NCBI GenBank assembly: GCA_964389685.1
Contig: CAYMFM010000001.1
Location: forward strand, 71,089-135,088
DNA length: 64,000 nucleotides
Direction: 5' to 3'
Origin: an uncultured Rikenellaceae bacterium
GTDB taxonomy: Bacteria > Bacteroidota > Bacteroidia > Bacteroidales > VadinHA17
The notes beneath the pieces were generated by a model. The model was not told the DNA's origin, ran no database searches, and was given only the letters and a program-made list of their open reading frames with translations. The position numbers and the translations under genes were made by a program. Below, one piece after another: positions 56,321-64,000 of the stretch. Numbering within the stretch: the first letter of the stretch is position 1; each line of letters opens with the position of its first letter.

Positions 56321-57649
56321 TCATCCAATTGTCCTTATTATCGCATCTGATTTAATCGTCAGGAAAGCAGCATAAAGTGGGAGATTGATGAAATCATTCT
56401 TCTCAATGAAATTTCTGGGTGATATACGAATGACAAATGTTGGCTGGTATTTCTGTGCATAACTTCTGAGACTTTTCAGGTTTCTGCTCAAACCGCTTTT
56501 GACTTCAACCGGAAAGATTTCATTATCCGATTGGATGATGAAATCAACCTCAGCATCACTTTTCGATTTCCAGTAAAACAAATCCTTATTGCCTGATGCA
56601 ATCAGTTCGGTTGCCACAAAATTTTCGATAAAAGCACCCTTATATTCTTTAAATAGGTCAGTTGGTTTAAGAATTATATCCGGGGTAAGATTTAACATGG
56701 CTCCCAATAATCCTGTGTCGAGTACATATACTTTAAACTTTGAATAATCAGCAAAGCCGGGGAGTGGCATTTTGGGAGTGTTTACCTGATAAGCTATGTG
56801 AATCAATCCGGCTTTTTTGAGCCATTCAAAGGTCTGCTCATAATTAGCTGCCCGTGCTTTTTTACGCACGTCACTGTACTTGAATTTTTTATTTTCTTTT
56901 GCCAGCTGGTAAGGAATGGATTGCCATAGTTCAGAGGTTTTTATGGCTTGCACTGCACCGGTATACTTTGAAAAATCTCTTTTGAATGCTTCAAGGACTT
57001 CGACCTGGATTTTCCTTACGGAGGAAATATCTTCATGATCCAGATAATCCTGTAACACCTCAGGCATACCTCCCAGAAACAGGTACATTTTCAGATGATT
57101 CAGTAATTTGTCATGCAATATGTTTGGGAATGCCTCAGCCGAATTTGTGGTTATCAGTTTGTCAGCTAGAAGCTCTTCTCCAAAAGCTACCAGGTACTCG
57201 GTGAAGTTCATCGGGAACATGGTCATAAAATTAACCTTACCCACCGGGAAACTGCGCTGTTTTCCCACACTGATTCCGAGCAGTGATCCGGCAGCAATAA
57301 TATGGTATTCCGGGGTTTGCTCACAAAAGTATTTCAGGGAGGTGAGCACTTCCTGCACAGCCTGAATTTCATCGAAAAAAATGAGTGTATTGTCGCGTAC
57401 AACTTTTTTACCAATGTACAGACTGATATTGTTGATTATATGTTGAGGATTCAAACTTCCCTGGAAGAGAGATTTTAAGTCTGGGTCCTGTTCAAAGTTC
57501 AGATAAACGAAATCGGGATATTCATTGTTCCCAAATTCGTTGACCAGGAAAGTCTTACCCACTTGACGCGCTCCCTGCAACAACAGCGGCTTACGATTCC
57601 GACTGTTTTTCCACAATAACAGATCTTTATATAGGGCTCGTTTCATCAT
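56321..57649 (-). CDS. AAA+ ATPase with DUF4143-type C-terminal domain
   Basis: P-loop LLQGARQVGKT, Walker B LIFFDEIQ, and C-terminal FYWKSKSDAEVDFII...PVEVKSG, typical of the AAA_14/DUF4143 family. Confidence 0.8.
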   Translation of the reverse strand: MMKRALYKDLLLWKNSRNRKPLLLQGARQVGKTFLVNEFGNNEYPDFVYLNFEQDPDLKSLFQGSLNPQHIINNISLYIGKKVVRDNTLIFFDEIQAVQEVLTSLKYFCEQTPEYHIIAAGSLLGISVGKQRSFPVGKVNFMTMFPMNFTEYLVAFGEELLADKLITTNSAEAFPNILHDKLLNHLKMYLFLGGMPEVLQDYLDHEDISSVRKIQVEVLEAFKRDFSKYTGAVQAIKTSELWQSIPYQLAKENKKFKYSDVRKKARAANYEQTFEWLKKAGLIHIAYQVNTPKMPLPGFADYSKFKVYVLDTGLLGAMLNLTPDIILKPTDLFKEYKGAFIENFVATELIASGNKDLFYWKSKSDAEVDFIIQSDNEIFPVEVKSGLSRNLKSLRSYAQKYQPTFVIRISPRNFIEKNDFINLPLYAAFLTIKSDAIIRTIG

Positions 57650-57751
57650 TTATCTCCTAAAAAGTGCAACAAATATACAAATTTATCTCCACAAAAGTGC
57701 AAATTTATATTAATATTACTCCATAAAAATGTAAAAACCTTGCAAATTTAT
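57650..57751. repeat. three imperfect direct repeats with 33-bp periodicity immediately upstream of the AAA ATPase start
   Basis: TTATCTCCTAAAAAGTGCAA (57650), TTATCTCCACAAAAGTGCAA (57683) and the degenerate TTACTCCATAAAAATGTAAA (57716). Confidence 0.45.
57670..57677 (-). promoter_or_regulatory. putative -7 promoter box (TATATTTG on minus strand) for the AAA ATPase gene
   Basis: The reverse complement of CAAATATA is TATATTTG, an exact TAnnTTTG match, about 20 nt upstream of the ATG at 57649. Confidence 0.3.
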
Positions 57752-57932
57752 TCCCCCAAACCCTTAACAAATAACTTATTAACATTTAACGTATCAACTG
57801 AAAATTCTGGTATACCGGCATTTTCCCTTCCGGCGGAAAGTGACAATCCCAACTTCTTTCGTAAATTTTTAATATGACAGGATTTCGTTAAATTTACTCC
57901 AGAGTGATCATTCTACTTAAGCGTTTGATTTA

Positions 57933-60900
57933 TTGACCATGAAAAATATATTGTTCAGGATAACGATTTTGCTGTTTCTTCTTTCCTCTGCCGGACTGGC
58001 TCAGGATATGGAACAGCCATTCATACCGCGCCATGCAGGGAACTTTTTTGATCCGGGCTACATCCTGGAAGACCGAAACATGGATAGCATTACTGATTAT
58101 ATCCAGTGCACCCTGGTTCTTCCCCAGAACCCTTCTGAATCGGAAATAGCATCTGCTGCCAACATCGCGGCACGACTCGGATACGAAACAACCTCGGCGG
58201 ATTTTAACCGGGTCGGTTATGATTCGGATAAGAATCCCTTTTATGACCAGCCGGTTATCATCATCGGTTCACGAAACAGACTGATCAACCGGTCTGATGA
58301 ACTCGAAAAGAATGCCGGAAAGGGATTAAAACCGGGACAGGGAGATATCTGTTTTTTTAAGCATGATGAATTCTTCAGAAAAGGGGGAGTAGCCATAACC
58401 GGATATGACGCAACCGGCCTGCTGGCTTCTGCAAACTACTTTGCAGGTCGTTTCCCCGAAATCTGGAACCTGGATGGTAAGAAATTTTCAGATGTTCATA
58501 CACAGTTTAGTGAGTTTTTCGCAGGAAGAAATATTAATCAACAGGAGATATTTTCCTCACGGATTGTGATTGATGCAGACAGTCCGGGTGTAAAAAAGCT
58601 GGTTCTGCACATCGATTTCCCCGATTGTGCAAACCTTGATTCGGCAAAAATGGCATTGACGCGGAAAAAGAAAGATGAACCGGATGGGGATAATAACAAA
58701 AACGACTCTGTTCCGGAAAACAAGGTCGATCGGGCGTCACTTGATTTTTTTGGACTCCACCGGATTGAAATTTACCTTCAGTGTCCCGGTAAACGTGAGG
58801 TCATCGACCTTCTGCCCATGAAGGAATGGGTGATGGAAAAACGGGTTTCAAATCCTGCTGCCAACACATCCGATTTCTCGCTGTCACAATTGTATACCCT
58901 GACCGGTATGTTTTCTGATAACAACAGGGATTATGTTCCGGATCATGTGAATGCATACCTTTCCCTGGATGGTGAAGATGCAGCACAGGGTATAATTGAT
59001 TTCTCTTTTCGTACCGGTCTCGAAACAGCGGGAATGCGGTTACCGTTTGTGGTCGTTGCCGGAGAAGAGGAACACCCGGGAAAACCTGGATTTCCAATAC
59101 TTTTTGGCAGGGACCACTATTCCATCAAAAAGCTGGAAAAAGAGGAACGGATTCACGGAGTTTCATCGGAGCCGGGGATCGGGTTCATTCAGTTCATACC
59201 GGAAGCATTTCAAAAGAGACATGCCATGGTCATCAGCGGAACCGATCAGGATGGACTGGAATCCGTTTCGGATTACCTCTCAAGACGGATACCTTACCTG
59301 TGGAAGTACGGGAAAGGGAACTACCTCCTGGAAGACATTGAGGGGGATGTCAGGAAATTTTTCCAGGTAAAAAATGCCCCCGGTCAGGTAACGGTGACAA
59401 TCCATAAACTCAAAACATGGATGGATCGGATAGCCGACAAGGAGATTGAATCCCTGAGCATTGAGCTGGCAGTAAAGGAGGCACCGGAAGGATTAACGGA
59501 CTTTATTGAAGACATGGTAAAAGAATACTTCCCGAAAGCAGCAATAGATATTGATCTGTTCACCACCGGATATGGTGTAGGAAAAACGATTTTTGAAGAG
59601 CAGGTTGAGATCCCCTGGGAGGTGGATGAGTTCTGGAGCCTGTTCAGGGACGAGGCATTGCCTGAACTGGATAACGGAGCCCGGGGGATTATTGAAGTGC
59701 GGGTGAGTGAATCGACTGAAGTGCGTGCGCAAATAAAACAGCAGATCAAAGACGAATTGAATGCAAACGGGATCGATCCGGCATCGTTCGAGATCGTCGT
59801 GCTGTCAGCCTATAAACAGGGGTTCAGCTGGCTGAATGATTATATCCTGCCTGAAATCCGGGAGAGGGACATCGGTGAGATTGCCATCACCTACCATACC
59901 CTGAAAGAATCGGATGAAATACGCTGGCAGACCGTAAACGCCAACACCCGCTGGTTGCAGGAGATCTTCCCGATCGATACCATCCTTGCCCGGGAACTGA
60001 ACATACCGGCTTCAAAAATCACCTTTCACCGGCAGGTAGAGAAGGACCCGATCTACACTGTAACCGTTACTGACCCGGAAGACAAGCTCATTCTTGAGGA
60101 GTCGTTTGATCCGAAGTATGTGATCCGCCCCTTCTTTGACCTCTTTCCGGAGTATGAATCGGTCAGGGTGACCACAGGGTGGGTCTTTGTACAGAACGGA
60201 GACAGGGTGATCCTGGATAAACGGATCAAAACGGATCCTGAAAAATTCTGGGATCATCTGCAAACAGAAACCTACCGCAAAATTATCGATTACGTAATGG
60301 ATGTGCAGGATGGAAAACCATCGGTTCTGAATGCACCCTATTTCGATGAATTGAAAGTCGAGCTTACATTGAGTGAACCCAATTACCGGCTCGGTATCGA
60401 CGAAGAGGTAATATCCTCCACGGATGCCCTTCACGAAGACATCATGTTCCACACGCTGGCGCTTTTTAACCGGATCGGTGGCAGATACGGTGTCGGGGGA
60501 CTGCCTTATCCGGGCAGAATATTGCCGTTGTTGAACTCACCGGTTGATGGGAAACCGGGTTACGCCAGGATTACCTTCACCGGGAAGGAAAAAGCAACGC
60601 CGGAAGTGTTTCTTTCCTATAAAGAAGCGGACCATGAAATGGTTACCCAACGGTATACGCTGGTGCCAATGGATGTTAAAACGCCCCTTCTGCGTGGGAT
60701 CGAGCTGAAACACGGCATGGAAGGAATTAACAAACTGTTGTTCGATGTAGTGGCAACCGATTCAGTGGACCGGTATGAAGAGTTTAAAGCAAGAGGATCG
60801 GAAATACAGATTGACCTCGCATTCATACCCGTTGAGAAGTTAACCGATATGGTGAATATACTTGGAAAACTTCAGCAGAAAGGAATGTATGGTGAAGCGT

Positions 60901-62174
60901 TGAGCTATGACAAGGTGAACGAACTGATGTTCCGGGTTACCCTTGAAGACAGCATAAAATATTCAAGACTCGTTTCACTGAAACAGAATACTACCACGGT
61001 GGATACGGATAAAAACGCATTGCCGGCCATCACCATTGCCTCGGGTGGCGGACAGATCATCCAGTGGAACAGGCCCATGCCTCCAGGTGAAGTTGCACTT
61101 GACCTGTCCATCCTGAACCGGTTCCCCGAAATCAATGCCTATTACATGGCAACATCCTTCCTCGGACACAATGTGTATGCTGCCGACATCATGTATCCTG
61201 TCGATGGGAAATACATTTCCCAGGCAAAGCTGAATGCCCTGAAGCCTACACTGATGCTCATTGGCAGGGTTCATGGGAATGAAGTTTCCAGCACCAGTCA
61301 TCAGTTGAAGCTGGCGGAATTGTGTGCCACCGATACAGCCTATCGCAAATTCCTGAAAAAGGTTAACCTGGTGATTTACCCCATGGTTAATCCGGATGGT
61401 GCCCAAACGGCTTACGAAATGTTCCTGGAGAATCCCGATTTTATGCTGCATGCCGGCCGGTATGGTGCACTTGGTTACGACGTGCCGAGGGGAGGCAGAA
61501 ATGCGGATCATATCTATCCGGAAGCAGGTGTGGTAGGCCGGTTGAGAGAGACATGGCTGCCCGATGTGTTTGTGGATATGCATGGTGTTCCAACACACGA
61601 ATGGGTACAGTATTTTGCCGGTTATAGCGCCTGGGTTAACAGCAGGGTGGGCGGTGCAAGGAATTACTGGCTGCCCCGCGGATGGTATATCCCCGGATTT
61701 AGCTGGATTGAAGATAAAGAATACCCGGAACTGATGAAAGTTCAGAAAGCGATTACCGATTCCATTACAACGGGGGTGATGTCACTGCAGGAAGTGAAAG
61801 CCATGAATGATCGGTTTTATGACCGATACATCAAATACGGGAAACAGGATCCGGATACCTACCGGGAATACTTTTACGAAGGAGTCCAGCTGGAAGCCCG
61901 GTTGAAAGGCAGAAAAGTATCGGAATCGGGAATAACCGGGTCAAACATCACCTATTACGCCATTACCACTGAATCAGCTGACGAAACGGCTTATGGTGAA
62001 TGGCTTCAGCTGGTCTGTACCGCAGGACTGGCGAATAGTACAGCCTTACTGAATTACCTTGCTAACGGCGTAAACCGGATTGAATGCCAGACTGAAGATC
62101 ATGGTGATTTTGTAACCAGAAGCGTCTTCCGGAAAAAACCGGTACTCCCGTATGAAAAAGAACAGGAAAAATGA
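57933..62174 (+). CDS. very large secreted protein with C-terminal M14 zinc carboxypeptidase domain
   Basis: Signal peptide MKNILFRITILLFLLSSAGLA. M14 motifs occur in the last ~350 aa: GRVHGNEVSS (HxxE), YPMVNPDG and VDMHGVP. I recognise no family in the first ~1000 aa. Confidence 0.7.
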   Translation: MTMKNILFRITILLFLLSSAGLAQDMEQPFIPRHAGNFFDPGYILEDRNMDSITDYIQCTLVLPQNPSESEIASAANIAARLGYETTSADFNRVGYDSDKNPFYDQPVIIIGSRNRLINRSDELEKNAGKGLKPGQGDICFFKHDEFFRKGGVAITGYDATGLLASANYFAGRFPEIWNLDGKKFSDVHTQFSEFFAGRNINQQEIFSSRIVIDADSPGVKKLVLHIDFPDCANLDSAKMALTRKKKDEPDGDNNKNDSVPENKVDRASLDFFGLHRIEIYLQCPGKREVIDLLPMKEWVMEKRVSNPAANTSDFSLSQLYTLTGMFSDNNRDYVPDHVNAYLSLDGEDAAQGIIDFSFRTGLETAGMRLPFVVVAGEEEHPGKPGFPILFGRDHYSIKKLEKEERIHGVSSEPGIGFIQFIPEAFQKRHAMVISGTDQDGLESVSDYLSRRIPYLWKYGKGNYLLEDIEGDVRKFFQVKNAPGQVTVTIHKLKTWMDRIADKEIESLSIELAVKEAPEGLTDFIEDMVKEYFPKAAIDIDLFTTGYGVGKTIFEEQVEIPWEVDEFWSLFRDEALPELDNGARGIIEVRVSESTEVRAQIKQQIKDELNANGIDPASFEIVVLSAYKQGFSWLNDYILPEIRERDIGEIAITYHTLKESDEIRWQTVNANTRWLQEIFPIDTILARELNIPASKITFHRQVEKDPIYTVTVTDPEDKLILEESFDPKYVIRPFFDLFPEYESVRVTTGWVFVQNGDRVILDKRIKTDPEKFWDHLQTETYRKIIDYVMDVQDGKPSVLNAPYFDELKVELTLSEPNYRLGIDEEVISSTDALHEDIMFHTLALFNRIGGRYGVGGLPYPGRILPLLNSPVDGKPGYARITFTGKEKATPEVFLSYKEADHEMVTQRYTLVPMDVKTPLLRGIELKHGMEGINKLLFDVVATDSVDRYEEFKARGSEIQIDLAFIPVEKLTDMVNILGKLQQKGMYGEALSYDKVNELMFRVTLEDSIKYSRLVSLKQNTTTVDTDKNALPAITIASGGGQIIQWNRPMPPGEVALDLSILNRFPEINAYYMATSFLGHNVYAADIMYPVDGKYISQAKLNALKPTLMLIGRVHGNEVSSTSHQLKLAELCATDTAYRKFLKKVNLVIYPMVNPDGAQTAYEMFLENPDFMLHAGRYGALGYDVPRGGRNADHIYPEAGVVGRLRETWLPDVFVDMHGVPTHEWVQYFAGYSAWVNSRVGGARNYWLPRGWYIPGFSWIEDKEYPELMKVQKAITDSITTGVMSLQEVKAMNDRFYDRYIKYGKQDPDTYREYFYEGVQLEARLKGRKVSESGITGSNITYYAITTESADETAYGEWLQLVCTAGLANSTALLNYLANGVNRIECQTEDHGDFVTRSVFRKKPVLPYEKEQEK

Positions 62175-63373
62175 ACGGGAAAAACCGATTGACAAAGACC
62201 ATTTCCTTCACCCTGCTGTTTGCTCTGGCAACAGGAACACTGCTTGCCCAGTCTAACCTTTTTGAGCGGGGGTATGTGATACTGAATAACCGGGATACCC
62301 TTTTGGGTTTTGTCAAAGACCTGGCGGTACGAACAGACCTCTACCTGTCGGTTACCTTCAGCGATAATCAGGCCGGTACAAACCCGGTTATCTACAGTCC
62401 GTATGAGGTGATTGAATATTATTATGAACCCGGTTTATGTTTCATAAATCGGGAGATAGACTGGAACAATGAATCAGGAAAACGATTCCTGCAGTGCCTG
62501 GTGAAAGGATATGCATCGCTCCATTATTATGAGACCGTTGAGGGGTCGGTTTACCTCCTGGAAAAAGCAGGGGAGCCATTACAATACTTAGAGGAGCAAC
62601 CGGATGATCCCCGGTTGATGGATCAGCCATCCGTTGAAAAGATGAGGGATTTTGTATCCGGTTGCCCGGAAGTGATGGAAAAGGTAAATACCCTGTCCAA
62701 CCAGAGCAAGGATCTCATCCGGTTGATAAGACAATATAACCGGTGCACACGGGCTGACCAGGAGATAGTACTCTATAAACCTGGGAAGGAAAAATCCTTC
62801 CGGGTAGGTGTTACTGCAGGACTCAACCTCTCTTATCTAAAGATCCACGCAGATATTCCCTACCGGAATGTGAACCTGAAACCGGGAATGGGTTTCAACC
62901 TGGGGGTTGGATTTGATTTCTATTTCCTGAAACGGTTCTCGGTAAGTGTCAAGACCATGCTGGTTTCCAGTAACGCATCACTCTGGGATTATCCTGTCGA
63001 CGATCCCGATACAACGTTCCGGGAAGATGATGTGCTGTTTAACTTTTTATACATTGATTTTCCGGTAGCATTGAAAGTCAACCTCACCTCCGGACGACTT
63101 AAGGCATTCGTGGAAGGCGGTATATGGTTTGGCGTGCTGATCGAACAGGACATTGCTTCCCAGAGTACTTTCCCTGAACGGAGCACAACCTACACACTTG
63201 ATATCAATCGGTTAAAGCAGGGGTATACCGGAGGTTTTGGGATTGCCATCCCTTCCAGCCGTCGGTCGGAGATCTCCTTTGAGATCGGGTACATTTACCA
63301 GAAAGCCGCTGCCGGTAGTTCCGATGGCTTTACCATGAATAACGTGTTTCTGCAGATGAGTTATCTTTTTTAG
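62171..63373 (+). CDS. outer-membrane beta-barrel (porin-family-like) protein
   Basis: Signal peptide. The C-terminal half has alternating beta-strand patterns and a terminal aromatic residue (...FLQMSYLF). There is an ATGA overlap with the M14 gene stop. Confidence 0.55.
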   Translation: MNGKNRLTKTISFTLLFALATGTLLAQSNLFERGYVILNNRDTLLGFVKDLAVRTDLYLSVTFSDNQAGTNPVIYSPYEVIEYYYEPGLCFINREIDWNNESGKRFLQCLVKGYASLHYYETVEGSVYLLEKAGEPLQYLEEQPDDPRLMDQPSVEKMRDFVSGCPEVMEKVNTLSNQSKDLIRLIRQYNRCTRADQEIVLYKPGKEKSFRVGVTAGLNLSYLKIHADIPYRNVNLKPGMGFNLGVGFDFYFLKRFSVSVKTMLVSSNASLWDYPVDDPDTTFREDDVLFNFLYIDFPVALKVNLTSGRLKAFVEGGIWFGVLIEQDIASQSTFPERSTTYTLDINRLKQGYTGGFGIAIPSSRRSEISFEIGYIYQKAAAGSSDGFTMNNVFLQMSYLF

Positions 63374-63401
63374 TGAACAGTGAACAGTGAGCTGTGAGCA
63401 G
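63374..63401. repeat. four tandem heptamers TGARCWG directly after the stop codon
   Basis: TGAACAG TGAACAG TGAGCTG TGAGCAG. Confidence 0.5.
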
Positions 63402-63558
63402 AAAGAAATGAGTAGCGAGAAGTGAGTTGTGAGAAGAAATGGGTCCTCGGTAAAAGAGATTATAAAGGAGTAGTGAGTGATTAGTTGGATGGAACCTTAG
63501 CAACAAGGCATCTTTGTCGTTAATGAATTGATAATGCACCGGAATGGATCCAGTGTAG

Positions 63559-63579
63559 AGACGCCCAATCTGGGTGTCT
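63559..63579. repeat. hairpin / inverted repeat 1
   Basis: AGACGCCCA atc TGGGTGTCT: 9 bp with one G-U pair. Confidence 0.5.
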
Positions 63580-63613
63580 TTGGGTTGAAGACATATACAA
63601 AACTCACAAGTAT

Positions 63614-63642
63614 TCGTCGCCCGATCTGCAGTCGGGCGACGA
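63614..63642. repeat. hairpin / inverted repeat 2 (perfect 11 bp)
   Basis: TCGTCGCCCGA tctgcag TCGGGCGACGA. Confidence 0.55.
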
Positions 63643-63760
63643 GGAAACACATACACAATATAACATAGGTTATTTAAAGATATCCCCCTTGGGAGGGGGA
63701 AATAGGGGGAGGAAAGTTTTCCGGGTGATCAACTCGGACAAAAAATAAAACGCCCCAAAA

Positions 63761-63791
63761 GTGATACGATGACTCGCAGTCATCGTATCAC
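63761..63791. repeat. hairpin / inverted repeat 3 (perfect 13 bp)
   Basis: GTGATACGATGAC tcgca GTCATCGTATCAC. Confidence 0.55.
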
Positions 63792-63860
63792 TCTCAACAC
63801 AAAAAATTGGATATGATAACAGGATCGTTTAAATTTAACCATCTAATAATACCCATCCCC

Positions 63861-64000
63861 ATGAAAACCACATTCCAAACCAATCCGGTACAATGGCATC
63901 CATTCCTTTACATTACGATCATCGCATTCGTTGTTCTTGCAGCATCATGCAAAAGAGCGGAAGCCCCTGTTGAAACTGCTTTTCCCCTGAAAGAGTATGT
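63861..64000 (+). CDS. lipoprotein, 5' fragment (runs off the window)
   Basis: An ATG at 63861 opens MKTTFQTNPVQWHPFLYITIIAFVVLAASCKRAEAPVETAFPLKEY with lipobox LAASC. The frame is open to the window end. Confidence 0.4.
   Translation, partial: MKTTFQTNPVQWHPFLYITIIAFVVLAASCKRAEAPVETAFPLKEY

Noticed and set aside
63330-63656. 108-aa minus-strand ORF in the terminal intergenic region.
   Set aside because: It overlaps the OMP gene end and runs through the heptamer repeats and hairpins. Its translation is low-complexity with no motifs, so it is more likely non-coding.
1-64000. Scan for rRNA, tRNA, tmRNA, CRISPR arrays, transposases, integrases, phage genes and toxin-antitoxin or defence-system signatures.
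   Set aside because: - No T-arm/anticodon-arm-like tRNA structure was seen in any intergenic spacer longer than 100 bp.
- No regularly spaced direct repeats were seen.
- No DDE, tyrosine or serine recombinase motifs appeared in any ORF.

The window appears to be core chromosome apart from the small AT-rich patch around 54.0-57.9 kb.

Overview
The window reads as a chromosomal segment from a Bacteroidota-type genome. Evidence: T9SS/gliding genes gldH, porW/sprE-like and porX-like; a TonB-dependent receptor with an N-terminal carboxypeptidase-regulatory-like domain; several TAnnTTTG -7 boxes; and few Shine-Dalgarno sites. Most of it is densely packed housekeeping: metG, pgk, holB, ricT-like, trmB, mrp/apbC, nifU-like, tsaE, waaA, nrdJ, tdh, kbl, gltX. 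I found no rRNA, tRNA, CRISPR array, transposase or integrase.

The standout is a seven-gene, co-directional block of about 15.6 kb (36434-52073). Its gene order is: ABC ATPase; a 1119-aa ABC-2-type permease fused to a large ectodomain that looks like an inactive M1 peptidase; a TolC-family protein; a periplasmic adaptor; an RND permease; a 1571-aa RND permease fused to an ABC ATPase; and a small ABC-2 permease. In the fusion protein, the nucleotide-binding domain is joined to the RND body by two extra TM helices. It is also split by a four-TM insertion between its first beta-strand and the Walker A motif. I know of no characterised transporter that covalently joins a PMF-type RND permease to an ATP-binding cassette.

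A second notable locus (28768-34541) extends the canonical tdh-kbl pair with an Acs-like adenylating enzyme, a stand-alone carrier protein and a second Kbl-type alpha-oxoamine synthase. Smaller observations:
- a perfect 16-bp inverted repeat upstream of a small wHTH gene that has an atypically strong SD
- 33-bp-periodic direct repeats upstream of an AAA ATPase gene
- a G8 tract in the nrdJ leader
- a cluster of perfect hairpins at the 3' end of the window

All functional calls rest on motif and family recognition by eye. No database search or computation was run.
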